Assembly (NCBI GenBank): GCA_025456065.1
Contig: JALOLH010000001.1
Span: 5,501 to 69,500 of the forward strand
DNA from: Candidatus Nanopelagicales bacterium
Lineage (GTDB): Bacteria > Actinomycetota > Actinomycetes > S36-B12 > CAIYMF01
Length of the DNA stretch: 64,000 bases
Direction of reading: 5' to 3'
Shown here: in pieces, positions 48,028 through 57,415 of the stretch
Position numbering within the stretch: the stretch's first letter is position 1
Layout of the letters: each line of letters starts with the position of its first letter
The notes under the pieces: generated by a model
Told to the model about the DNA's origin: nothing
Databases searched by the model: none
The model's input: the letters and a program-made list of their open reading frames with translations, nothing else
Program-made: the position numbers and the translations under genes

Positions 48028-49191
48028 ATGCCGATCCCGCCGTTCGAGGTGCTCAGCGAGTCGCAGCTGCGCGCCCGGGCCTCCCTGAAGTGGCAGCACT
48101 TCGGCCCCGAGGTGCTGCCGCTCTGGGTCGCCGAGATGGACGTGCTGCCCGCGCCCGAGGTGGTGGAGGCGCTCACCGCGGCGGTGCGCGCCGGCGACCT
48201 GGGCTACCCGCGCTCCACCCGCGAGTACGCCGAGGCGTTCGCGGCGTTCGCCGAGCAGCGCTGGCAGTGGGCGCCGAACCCCGCGGACGCGCACCTGTGC
48301 GCCGACGTGATGACCGGCGTCCGGGCGCTCGTCGAGGTGCTCGTCCCGCCGGGCGGCCCGGTGCTGGTGCCCAGCCCGGTGTACCCGCCGTTCGCGCTGT
48401 TCCCCCGCGAGGTGGGCCGGCTGGTGGTGCCGGTGCCGCTGACCGCGGCAGGTCGTCTCGATGCCGCCGCGATCGAGGCCACGCTCACCGAGCAGGCCGC
48501 CGCCGGGACCGCCGCGCCGGTCGTGCTGCTGTGCAGCCCGCACAACCCCACCGGGGTGGTGCACACCGCCGACGAGCTGCGCGCGGTCGCCGTGGCGGCC
48601 GACCGGGCCGGCGCCCATGTCGTCGTCGACGAGGTGCACGCCCCGCTCGTGCCCGAGGGGGCCGCCTTCACGCCGTGGCACACGGTCGCGGACGCGGGGT
48701 TCGTCGTGACCTCGGCGGCCAAGGCGTTCAACCTCGCCGGGCTCAAGGCGGCGCTGGTCCTGGCGTCCCCCGCCAGCCGACCGCATGCCCGGCGCCTGCC
48801 CGAATGGGTCAAGTACGGGGCCAGCCACCTCGGCGTGATCGGCCATGCCGCGGCCCTGCGCGCGGATCCCGCGTGGCTGGACGCCGTCAACGCGAACATC
48901 GCCGGGAACCGAGCCCTGCTCGCCGGCTTGCTCGACCAGCGCCTGCCCGGGGTGGGCTACCGCCCCCCGGAGGCCACCTACCTGGCCTGGCTGGACTGCC
49001 GCGCGCTCGGCCTGGGCGACGACCCGGCCGAGCACTTCCTCAAGGTGGGCCGCGTCGCGCTCATGCAGGGCCCGCCGTTCGGCCCCGGCGGGGCCGGGCA
49101 CGTGCGGCTCAACCTGGCCTGCTCGGCGGCCGTGCTCAGCGGGGCGGTCGAGCGGATGGCCGCGGCGGTCGCCGGGCACCTCGGCCGCTGA
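48028..49191 (+). CDS. PLP-dependent C-S lyase (MalY/PatB-type cystathionine beta-lyase)
   Basis: LKWQHFGPEVLPLWVAEMD, CSPHNPTG and the PLP lysine in TSAAKAFNLAGLK. Confidence 0.85.
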   Translation: MPIPPFEVLSESQLRARASLKWQHFGPEVLPLWVAEMDVLPAPEVVEALTAAVRAGDLGYPRSTREYAEAFAAFAEQRWQWAPNPADAHLCADVMTGVRALVEVLVPPGGPVLVPSPVYPPFALFPREVGRLVVPVPLTAAGRLDAAAIEATLTEQAAAGTAAPVVLLCSPHNPTGVVHTADELRAVAVAADRAGAHVVVDEVHAPLVPEGAAFTPWHTVADAGFVVTSAAKAFNLAGLKAALVLASPASRPHARRLPEWVKYGASHLGVIGHAAALRADPAWLDAVNANIAGNRALLAGLLDQRLPGVGYRPPEATYLAWLDCRALGLGDDPAEHFLKVGRVALMQGPPFGPGGAGHVRLNLACSAAVLSGAVERMAAAVAGHLGR

Positions 49192-49258
49192 GCCGGCCCC
49201 CTCAGGTTGTTCCCCGCCGAGGCCCGTGCCGCCCGGACCGAGCCCCGCAGGGCGGGCG

Positions 49259-50269
49259 TCAGCTGTCCGCCGAGGCCCGATCCGTCGCGTGGCAGGCGGC
49301 GCGGTGCGGGCCCTGGACCGGCAGCACCGGCAGCGCCCGGCCGTGGCAGCGGGTCACGACCTCGTCGGGGAGCCCGGACCGCAGCAGCGGGCACCGCGGA
49401 TGGAACCGACAGCCTGCCGGGATCGCCGCCGGGTCGGGCGGCTCGCCGGTCAGCACGACGGGCTCGAGGCGCCCCACCTCGGGCACGACCGAGAGCAGTG
49501 CCCGGGTGTAGGGGTGCTTCGGCTCGCCGAGCACCTCGTCGGTGCTGCCCTCCTCGATGATCCGGCCGAGGTACATCACGGCGATCCGGTCGGCGATGTT
49601 CCAGGCCAGGCCGAGGTCGTGGGTGACGACGAGCAGCGACAGCCCGAGCTCCTCGCGCAGCCGCAGCAGCAGGGCGAGGATCTCGCCGCGGACCGAGGCG
49701 TCCAGGCTCGACACCGGCTCGTCGGCCACGAGGATGGAGGGCTCCAGCACCAGCGCGCCGGCGATGACGACCCGCTGGCGCTGCCCGCCGGACAGCTCGT
49801 GCGGGTACCGCGCGAAGAACCGCTCGGGGGGGCGCAGGCCCACCCGGCCCAGCGCCTCGGCGACCCGGCGCTCCTCGTCGCCGACCCCGTGGATGCGCAG
49901 GCCCTCGGCCACCGACTCGTACACCGACATGCGCGGGTTCAGCGAGCCCATGGGGTCCTGCAGCACCAGCTGGGCCCGCCGGCGGTAGGCCTTGAGCCCC
50001 GCGCGCGACGCGGCGAGCGGCGCGCCGTCGACGAGCACCTGGCCGGCGTGGACCGGCTGCAGGCCGAGCAGCGCCCGCGCCAGGGTGGACTTGCCGCACC
50101 CGGACTCGCCGACGAGGGCGACCACCTGCCCGGGTCGGACCGCCAGCGAGACGCCGTCGACCGCCCGTGCCCAGCGGCCGCGGCCGGCCGGGAAGCGCAC
50201 CTCGAGCTCCCGCGCCTCGAGGGCCGGCGCCGTCGCCGGCTCCGCCGGCGTGCGCGCTGGCCCGCTCAC
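49259..50269 (-). CDS. Peptide ABC transporter ATP-binding protein (OppF/DppF-like)
   Basis: Walker A GESGCGKST, signature LSGGQRQR, Walker B LVADEP. The C-terminal Cys-rich oligopeptide-transporter extension (CRFHPRCP...C...C) is present. Confidence 0.9.
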   Translation of the reverse strand: MSGPARTPAEPATAPALEARELEVRFPAGRGRWARAVDGVSLAVRPGQVVALVGESGCGKSTLARALLGLQPVHAGQVLVDGAPLAASRAGLKAYRRRAQLVLQDPMGSLNPRMSVYESVAEGLRIHGVGDEERRVAEALGRVGLRPPERFFARYPHELSGGQRQRVVIAGALVLEPSILVADEPVSSLDASVRGEILALLLRLREELGLSLLVVTHDLGLAWNIADRIAVMYLGRIIEEGSTDEVLGEPKHPYTRALLSVVPEVGRLEPVVLTGEPPDPAAIPAGCRFHPRCPLLRSGLPDEVVTRCHGRALPVLPVQGPHRAACHATDRASADS

Positions 50270-51255
50270 CGGAGCCCCTCGTCGTCGTCGAGGAGCGGGT
50301 ACCGGCAGGCCGCCTCCCGGCCGGGGCCCACGGCGGCGAGCTGCACCTCCCCGCTGGTGCAGTCCGGCCGGGAGTGGGGGCAGCGGGGAGCGAACGGGCA
50401 GCCCTCGCCCACCTCGCCCGGGAACGGCGGGTCCCCGGGCAGCCCGGCCGGGGCGTAGCGGAACCGCGGGTCGCCGACCCGCGGGAAGGCGGCGGCCAGC
50501 GCCCGCGAGTACGGGTGAGCCCCGCGCTCGAACACCGCCGTCGACGGTCCCTCCTCGACGACCCGGCCGGCGTACATCACGGCCGCTCGCTGGCAGGTGT
50601 CGGCGAGCACCGAGAGGTCGTGCGAGATCAGCACGAGCGTCAGCCCGAGCTCGGCGACGAGGTCGGTGAGCACGCGCAGCACCTGCGCCTGGACCATGAC
50701 GTCGAGGGCCGTGGTCGGCTCGTCGGCCACGATGATGCGCGGCCGGCAGGCCAGCGCCATGGCGATCATCACCCGCTGGCGCTGCCCGCCGGAGAGCTGG
50801 TGCGGATAGGCGGCGGCGCGGGCCGGCGGCAGCCCCACCTGCTCGAACAGCTCGCCCACCCGCCGGTGCACGTCGTCGGTCCCGATCGAGGGCTCGTGCA
50901 GCGCGATCGGCTCGGCCACCTGGTCGCCGACCCGCTGGATCGGGTTGAGGCCGTGCAGCGCGCCCTGGAAGACGATGCTGGCCTGGGCCCAGCGCAGCGC
51001 CCGCAGGCGCTTGAACGTCATCCCGAGCACGTCCTCGCCGTCGACGAGCACCTGGCCGGTCACCGTGGCCGACCTCGGCTGCAGGCGCAGCACCGTGGAG
51101 GCCAGCGTGGACTTGCCGCTGCCGCTCTCGCCGGCGATCCCCAGCGAGGCGCCGGCCGGCAGCGCGAGGCTCACGCCGCGGACCGCGGGGATCGGCCCGT
51201 CGGCGGTCCGGTAGGTGAGGTGCAGATCGCGGAACTCGAGCGCGGGGGCCGTCAT
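50266..51255 (-). CDS. Peptide ABC transporter ATP-binding protein (OppD/DppD-like)
   Basis: Walker A GESGSGKST, LSGGQRQRV, IVADEPTTALD, and C-terminal CPFAPRCP. ATG 51255 overlaps the permease stop (ATGA). Confidence 0.9.
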   Translation of the reverse strand: MTAPALEFRDLHLTYRTADGPIPAVRGVSLALPAGASLGIAGESGSGKSTLASTVLRLQPRSATVTGQVLVDGEDVLGMTFKRLRALRWAQASIVFQGALHGLNPIQRVGDQVAEPIALHEPSIGTDDVHRRVGELFEQVGLPPARAAAYPHQLSGGQRQRVMIAMALACRPRIIVADEPTTALDVMVQAQVLRVLTDLVAELGLTLVLISHDLSVLADTCQRAAVMYAGRVVEEGPSTAVFERGAHPYSRALAAAFPRVGDPRFRYAPAGLPGDPPFPGEVGEGCPFAPRCPHSRPDCTSGEVQLAAVGPGREAACRYPLLDDDEGLR

Positions 51256-52241
51256 GCGCGCACCCCCCGCCGCGGGTCGACGATCGTCTCCAGGGTCCGG
51301 CCGATGAGCGTGAAGGCCAGCACCACGGCCACGACGCACAGGCCGGGGGGCAGGACGTACCACCAGGCGCCCACGCTCATGGCGCCGTTCGTGAACGCCC
51401 CGTCGAGGATCCCACCCCAGGACGGGCGCAGCGGGTCGCCGAGCCCCAGGAAGCTCAGGGTGGTCTCCGACAGGATCGCCAGCGCCACCATGAGCGTGGT
51501 GTTGGCCAGCACGAGCGGCATCACGTTGGGCAGCACGTGGCGGCTCATCTGGTGCCAGTCCCCGCCGCCGAGCGCCCGCGCCCGCTCCAGGTAGGGCCGT
51601 GCGCTGACGGCGAGCGTCTGGGCGCGCACCAGCCTGGCCGTCCCGGGCCACGAGGTCACGCCGATGACGATGATGATGTTGAGCAGCGAGGCACCCAGCA
51701 CGGTCGCCAGCACGATGGCCAGCGGCAGGAACGGGATCACGAGGAACCAGTCCGTGAACCGGTTCAGCGCGACGCCGAACCAGCCCGCGAAGTGGCCCGC
51801 CATCACCCCGATCACCGTGCCGATCAGCATCGACATCAGGGTCGCGGCCAGGCCCACCACCAGGCTCACCCGGGCGCCCCACACGACCAGCGCGAGGATC
51901 GAGCGGCCACTCTCGTCGGTGCCCAGGGGGAAGCCGGCGGTCGGCGGGGCCATCGGCTCGCCGGTCGCGTCGGTGACGCTGATCGTCTCCGGCGGGAACA
52001 GCACGGGCGCCAGCAGGGCGACGAGGCCGAACCCCACCAGGACGAGCAGCCCCGCCATGCCCGAGCGGCTGCGCCGGAACTGTGCCCAGGCGCGCCGCCG
52101 GGCGGCCGACCGCCGGGCACGTGCCAGGCGCCGCCGCGACGGCGGGCCCGCGCCGGGCCCATCCGGGGCGCCGGCGCCCGTGGGAGGCGGCGTGGCCGGG
52201 CCCCCCTCTGCCGGCCCGGGCAGGGCGTCACGCACGGACAT
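51252..52241 (-). CDS. Peptide ABC transporter permease (DppC/OppC-like)
   Basis: Six hydrophobic segments and the EAA-type loop ARALGGGDWHQMSRHVLPN. Has an N-terminal Pro/Gly/Arg-rich cytoplasmic extension. Confidence 0.9.
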   Translation of the reverse strand: MSVRDALPGPAEGGPATPPPTGAGAPDGPGAGPPSRRRLARARRSAARRRAWAQFRRSRSGMAGLLVLVGFGLVALLAPVLFPPETISVTDATGEPMAPPTAGFPLGTDESGRSILALVVWGARVSLVVGLAATLMSMLIGTVIGVMAGHFAGWFGVALNRFTDWFLVIPFLPLAIVLATVLGASLLNIIIVIGVTSWPGTARLVRAQTLAVSARPYLERARALGGGDWHQMSRHVLPNVMPLVLANTTLMVALAILSETTLSFLGLGDPLRPSWGGILDGAFTNGAMSVGAWWYVLPPGLCVVAVVLAFTLIGRTLETIVDPRRGVRA

Positions 52242-53215
52242 CAGGCACGCACCCGCGGGTCGAGGACGGCGTAGAGCAGGTCCGCGATGATGTTGGCCAC
52301 GATGACGCCGATCGAGAACAGCAGGAAGATCGCCTGCAGCAGGGCGATGTCCGGGCCGCGCAGCGCGTCGTAGGAGAGCAGCCCCAGGCCGGGCCACGAG
52401 AAGACGGTCTCCACCGTGATCGCCCCGGACACCACGAAGCCGAGGTTGAGCAGGATCAACGTGACGGTCGGCAGCAGCGCGTTGGGCACGGCGTGCCGGC
52501 GCCGCACCACCTTGTCCATCAGGCCCTTCGCGCGTGCGACGGTGAGGTAGTCCTCGCCCAGCTCGTCGATGAGCGAGGCGCGCATCACCAGGGCGTACTC
52601 GGCCAGGTACACGACCATGAGCGTGGTGACCGGCAGGACCATGTGCCACATCACGTCGAGCACGCCGGCCAGGCTGGTCGGGTCCACCCCGGGGGTGATG
52701 ATCCCGCCGATCGGGAAGACGCCGGGGACGAACCCGACGCCCACGCCGAACGTGATGAGCAGGATCATCCCGAGCCAGAACTCCGGCATCGAGTACAGCG
52801 TGAGGGTCACGCCCGTGGAGACCCGGTCGAACCGCTCGCCGCGGCGCCACCCGGCCCGGATGCCGATCCAGGTGCCGAGGATCGAGGCGAGCACGATCGC
52901 GGTGCCGACCAGCAGCAGCGTCGCCCAGACCCGGTCGCCGATCAGGGTCCAGACCGGCTGGTTGTAGCGCGCGGAGTTGATCGTGCTCGCGAACGGGTTG
53001 GCCAGGTACGTCACGAACTGCTCGAGCAGCGGCCGGTCGAGCTCGGCGCGCAGGGCCTCGATCTGCTCGGGCGGCACGTTCCGGCCGCGGGTGTACAGCC
53101 CGATGGGGTCGCCGGGGAGCATCCGGAACAGGAAGAAGTTGAACACCACCACGAACAGCAGCGTGCCGAGGCCGGAGGCGACCGAGCGCAGCGCGTACCG
53201 AGCCCCCGGCCCCAT
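52241..53215 (-). CDS. Peptide ABC transporter permease (DppB/OppB-like)
   Basis: The N-terminus MGPGARYALRSVASGLGTLLFVVVFNFFLFR is typical of DppB. Also has the EAA loop ARAKGLMDKVVRRRHAVPNAL. Confidence 0.9.
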   Translation of the reverse strand: MGPGARYALRSVASGLGTLLFVVVFNFFLFRMLPGDPIGLYTRGRNVPPEQIEALRAELDRPLLEQFVTYLANPFASTINSARYNQPVWTLIGDRVWATLLLVGTAIVLASILGTWIGIRAGWRRGERFDRVSTGVTLTLYSMPEFWLGMILLITFGVGVGFVPGVFPIGGIITPGVDPTSLAGVLDVMWHMVLPVTTLMVVYLAEYALVMRASLIDELGEDYLTVARAKGLMDKVVRRRHAVPNALLPTVTLILLNLGFVVSGAITVETVFSWPGLGLLSYDALRGPDIALLQAIFLLFSIGVIVANIIADLLYAVLDPRVRA

Positions 53216-53217
53216 CG

Positions 53218-55116
53218 CTACTCGACGTCCTCGTCGGACGTCGCGCGCCGGCGCACGACGAGCGCGATCCCCACGCCGACCGCCGCGAGGGCCGCGATGC
53301 CCCCGACGATCGCCACGGGATTGAGCCCGCCGGCCTCGTCACCGGCCCCGGCGGCCTGCTCCCCGCCGTCCCCGGTCGGTGCCGGTCCCGGCTGCATGGA
53401 CTGGTAGGACCACGTGCCGAACTGGAACAGCACCCGGCCGCTGCGCCCGTCGCCGGTGGCCGCCGGCTGGGCGACCAGGTCGTGGACCCGGTCGGCCCGG
53501 TAGGCCTGCAGCATGTCCGGGTAGTACGTCACCGCGTACGGCGCCTCGTCGTACAGGATCTGCTGCATCTGCTTGACGATCTCGGTGCGGGCGGCGACAT
53601 CGGTCTCCACCGCCTGCTCGGCGTAGAGCCGGTCGTAGTCCTCGTCGCAGAAGTGCGAGTCCGACAGGCCGGCGTAGATCGTGTCGCCGTCCTTGCTCGA
53701 GCGCTGGGCGCACGTGAACGTCGACAGCTGGTAGTCCGGGTCCGGCTCGACCCCCCAGCCCCACTCGAAGATGTCGAAGTCGCCCTGCCCGTTCAGCTCG
53801 ATGAGGGTGTCCTCGGAGACCAGCTTGGTGTCGATGGTCAGGCCGAGGTCCTCGTACCAGCCCTCGACGAACTGCACCGTCTGCTGCGACTCCTGGGACT
53901 CCTGGCGGCCCAGCAGCCGGAAGGTCAGCGGGGAGCCGTCCTTGTCCAGGCGCTTGCCCTCCGGGCCGAGCGGGTAGCCGGCCTCGTCGAGCAGCTGGCC
54001 GGCCCGCTCCAGGTCGAAGCCGAGCGGCTCGGCGGGCTGCAGGTGCAGCGCGGTGTACATCGGCGGGATCACGGTCGAGCCGGGGGTGCCGTACCCGGAC
54101 AGCACCCGGTCCACGAGCAGCTGCCGGTCGATCGCGTGGTTGAGCGCCTGGCGCACGCGCTTGTCCTGCAGCGCGGGGTGCCCGTCCCCGATCGGGGTCC
54201 CGTCGGCCAGGGCGGCCCCGGTGTTGAACCCGATCTGGCTGAAGTCGTAGTTGGCCGCGGGCACGGTGGTGATGCCGGCCTGGCCCTCCAGGGCCTCGAA
54301 GACGTTGGCCTGCAGCTCGGTGGCGAAGTCGATCTCGCCCTTGCGCAGCGCCTGGCCCAGCGCGTCGGCGTTCTTGTAGACGCGGAACACCAGCTCCTCG
54401 AACGCGGGTGCCGGTCCCCAGTAGGCGGGGTTGGCCCGGAAGCGGATGAACTGGCCCTTCTGCCGCTCGACCAGCACGTACGGTCCCGCCCCCACGATGG
54501 GCTCGCCGTCCTCCGGCTCGTTGCTGTACGAGCGCACCTCCTTGCCGTCGATGTCCTTCCAGACGTGCTCGGGGAGGATGTAGACGGCCAGGCGCAGCAT
54601 GATCGGTGTCGGCTGCTTGACCGTGAGCACCAGCGTGGTGTCGTCGGGAGCCTCGGCCTTCGTGATGTTGGCGACGTACCCGCCGTAGTTGGTCTGCTCG
54701 TAGTCCCCGTTGATGATGCGGTTGAACGTGTACGCCGCGTCCCGGGCCGTCAACGGCGTGCCGTCGCTCCAGGTGACCCCCTCGCGCAGGGTGTAGGTCC
54801 AGGTGCGCTGGTCGGGCGACTCCTGCCAGGACACCGCGAGGTCGGGCACGGCGGAGAAGTCGTCCTTGGAGGACGAGGTCAGCGTCGGGTACATCAGCTG
54901 GTACATCTCGTAGGCCGTCGCGATGATCCCGGTGAAGGGGTTCATGGAGTCCACGTCGTCGGTGAAGCCGACGGTGAAGGGACCGGTGGCGGCCGCGATG
55001 GGAACGGGGCTGGGCGCCGGGCTCTCCTCGGCGGGGGCGACCCCGGGCGCGGCGAGGGCCAGCACGGACGCGGCGAGCAGGGCGGCGCCGCTGCGGCGCA
55101 GGGCTCGGGTGGCCAT
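53218..55116 (-). CDS. Family-5 (peptide/nickel/glutathione type) solute-binding protein with a signal peptide and a C-terminal TM anchor
   Basis: Signal MATRALRRSGAALLAASVLALAAPGVAPA, with no lipobox Cys. SBP_bac_5-like core (TWSDGTPLTARD, PYVLVER). The C-terminus has a G/A/E linker, then NPVAIVGGIAALAAVGVGIALVV, RRR and an acidic tail. Confidence 0.9.
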   Translation of the reverse strand: MATRALRRSGAALLAASVLALAAPGVAPAEESPAPSPVPIAAATGPFTVGFTDDVDSMNPFTGIIATAYEMYQLMYPTLTSSSKDDFSAVPDLAVSWQESPDQRTWTYTLREGVTWSDGTPLTARDAAYTFNRIINGDYEQTNYGGYVANITKAEAPDDTTLVLTVKQPTPIMLRLAVYILPEHVWKDIDGKEVRSYSNEPEDGEPIVGAGPYVLVERQKGQFIRFRANPAYWGPAPAFEELVFRVYKNADALGQALRKGEIDFATELQANVFEALEGQAGITTVPAANYDFSQIGFNTGAALADGTPIGDGHPALQDKRVRQALNHAIDRQLLVDRVLSGYGTPGSTVIPPMYTALHLQPAEPLGFDLERAGQLLDEAGYPLGPEGKRLDKDGSPLTFRLLGRQESQESQQTVQFVEGWYEDLGLTIDTKLVSEDTLIELNGQGDFDIFEWGWGVEPDPDYQLSTFTCAQRSSKDGDTIYAGLSDSHFCDEDYDRLYAEQAVETDVAARTEIVKQMQQILYDEAPYAVTYYPDMLQAYRADRVHDLVAQPAATGDGRSGRVLFQFGTWSYQSMQPGPAPTGDGGEQAAGAGDEAGGLNPVAIVGGIAALAAVGVGIALVVRRRATSDEDVE

Positions 55117-55241
55117 CGGGGCTCCTCGACGGACGTGCGGGGGTCCCGGCCGGGCGGCCGCTGTCCCCGTCAGGCATGCGGACGTGCGCAGGGTAGCGCG
55201 GCGCGCGGCCGATGGAGCCTGCGTTGCTAGGTTCGCCCCCC

Positions 55242-57356
55242 ATGGAACAGCCCCCGATCGCGCCCCGCCGGCCCCACGTGCGCGCGCTGCACGGCACCGA
55301 GGTCCCCGACGACTTCGCGTGGATGGCCAGCGACCCCGAGGCGCTCGGTGCCTACCTGCACGCCGAACGTGCCTACCACGACGCCGCCACCGGCCCGCTC
55401 GAGCCGCTGCGCCGCCGGCTGGTCACGGAGATGGTGTCCCGCACGGCACCGGTGGAGCACGGCCCCCCGGTCCGGATCGGGGGGGCCGAGTTCCGCGACG
55501 TGCTGCCCGAGGGCGCCCAGCTCGGGCAGTTCCAGCGGCGGGCCGGGTCCGACGAGCCCTGGCGGGTGCTCGTCGACCTCGACGCCGAGGCCGGTCGGCA
55601 CGGCTCGACCTACGGCGAGCACGGGACCCGGGCGGTGAGCCCGGACGGCCGGCTGCTCGCGTGGTCGATCGACCCGACCGGGGACGAGCGCTACGAGCTG
55701 CGCTTCCGCAGCATCACCGACGGCCTCGACGCCGACGAGCGCATCCCCGGCACGTACTACGGCGGGGCGTGGGCCGCGGACTCCGCGACGTTCCTGTACA
55801 CGCGCGTGGACCACGTGTACCGGCCGTACCAGGTGTGGCGCCACGTCGTGGGGACCGACCCCGCCCAGGACGCCCTCGTGCTGCAGGAGGACGACCGGCG
55901 GTTCGAGCTGTTCGTGCGCGCCAGCCGGTGCGGGCGCTGGCTGGTGATCGCCGCGGTCAGCCGGGACGCGGCGGAGACGTGGGTGGTGCCGGCCGAGGAC
56001 CCGATGGCCACCCCCGTGAGCGTGGGCGGACGCCGCGAGGGCCACGAGTACCACGTGGAGCCGGTCGTCGGCGGGCCCGCGGGATTCCTCGCCGTCACCA
56101 ACCACGGCGGCGCCCGGGAGTTCGCCCTCGCCTGGCTGGACCTCGGACAGGACGACCCGACCACGTGGCGCCCGGCGATGCCCCCCGAGGGGACCGACGG
56201 TGTCCAGCGGCGCTACCTCGATGCCGCGGCGTTCGCGGGGCACGTCGTCGTCTCCGCCCGGCAGGACGGGCAGCAGGCGCTCCTCGTGCTGCCCGTCTCG
56301 ACCGACGGCCTGCGGTGGGACGCGGCCGAGCTGCACCTGGCGCCGCCGGCGACCTCCCTCGAGCTGGCCGAGAACGAGGTCTTCCACACCGAGTCCGTCA
56401 CGGTGGTCACCCAGTCCCTCGTCCAGCCGCGGGTGTGGTGGGACCTGCCCCTGGGCGGCGGGGCATGGGTGCAGCGGCACCGCGCCGAGGCGCCCAACCA
56501 CGACCCGGCCGCGTACGTCGCGACGCGCCGGTGGGTCACGGCGCGCGACGGGGCACGCATCCCGGTCACGCTGGTCGCCCACCGCGTCACGCCGATGGAC
56601 GGCAGCGCCCCGTGCCTGCTCTACGGCTACGGCGCCTACGAGTACGTGTACGACCCAGCCTTCAGCCGCGCGCTGCCCAGCCTGCTCGACCGGGGGGTGG
56701 TGTACGCGCACGCCCATGTGCGCGGGGGCGGCGAGCTCGGCCGGCGCTGGTGGGACGAGGGGCACCTGGCCCACAAGGCCAACTCGTTCCGCGACTTCGT
56801 CGACGTCGCCCGTGCCCTTGGCACCGGCCCGGACGCGCAGGTGGACGGCTCGCGGATCGTCGCCCGCGGCGGTTCGGCCGGCGGCCTGCTCGTGGCGGCG
56901 AGCATGGGCCTGGACCCCGAGGCGTTCGCCGCCGTCATCGCCGAGGTGCCCTTCGTGGACGTCGTGAACTCGATGCTCGACGCGGAGCTGCCGCTGACCG
57001 TCGGGGAGTGGGAGGAGTGGGGGAACCCGGCGATCGCCGAGCAGCACGCCTGGCTGGTCGGTTACGCGCCCTACGAGCAGGTGCCCCCCGCGGCCCGGCG
57101 TCCGTTCGTGCTGGCCACCGGCGCGGTGCACGACCCGCGGGTGCTCGTCCACGAGCCGGCCAAGTGGGTGGCGAAGCTGCGGGCCACGGACCCCGCCGCG
57201 GGTGCGGTGACCCGGCTCGGGTCACGCGGCGGCGTGCTGCTGCGCGTGACGTTGGGGGAGGGCTCGCACGGCGGGGCGGCCGGGCGGTACGCCTGGCTGG
57301 AGGAGGAGGCCGCGACGCAGGCGGTCATCCTCGCGGCGATGGGGATCGGGTCGTAG
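55242..57356 (+). CDS. ptrB: Oligopeptidase B / prolyl-oligopeptidase-family serine protease (S9A)
   Basis: N-terminal PRRPHVRALHGTEVPDDFAWM, beta-propeller region, catalytic Ser in ARGGSAGGLLV, and downstream Asp/His regions (HDPRV, GSHGG). Confidence 0.85.
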   Translation: MEQPPIAPRRPHVRALHGTEVPDDFAWMASDPEALGAYLHAERAYHDAATGPLEPLRRRLVTEMVSRTAPVEHGPPVRIGGAEFRDVLPEGAQLGQFQRRAGSDEPWRVLVDLDAEAGRHGSTYGEHGTRAVSPDGRLLAWSIDPTGDERYELRFRSITDGLDADERIPGTYYGGAWAADSATFLYTRVDHVYRPYQVWRHVVGTDPAQDALVLQEDDRRFELFVRASRCGRWLVIAAVSRDAAETWVVPAEDPMATPVSVGGRREGHEYHVEPVVGGPAGFLAVTNHGGAREFALAWLDLGQDDPTTWRPAMPPEGTDGVQRRYLDAAAFAGHVVVSARQDGQQALLVLPVSTDGLRWDAAELHLAPPATSLELAENEVFHTESVTVVTQSLVQPRVWWDLPLGGGAWVQRHRAEAPNHDPAAYVATRRWVTARDGARIPVTLVAHRVTPMDGSAPCLLYGYGAYEYVYDPAFSRALPSLLDRGVVYAHAHVRGGGELGRRWWDEGHLAHKANSFRDFVDVARALGTGPDAQVDGSRIVARGGSAGGLLVAASMGLDPEAFAAVIAEVPFVDVVNSMLDAELPLTVGEWEEWGNPAIAEQHAWLVGYAPYEQVPPAARRPFVLATGAVHDPRVLVHEPAKWVAKLRATDPAAGAVTRLGSRGGVLLRVTLGEGSHGGAAGRYAWLEEEAATQAVILAAMGIGS

Positions 57357-57415
57357 CAGGGTCCGGTCGGAGCGGTGGCGCGTGAGCGCGTGCCCAGGCG
57401 GTGGCGTGCGTCGGG

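Noticed and set aside
53218-53330. Sortase (LPXTG/LAXTG) cell-wall sorting signal on the solute-binding protein
   Set aside because: The hydrophobic helix plus RRR resembles a sorting signal, but no LPXTG/LAXTG-like pentapeptide precedes it (the sequence is EAGGLNPVA), and an acidic tail follows the charges.
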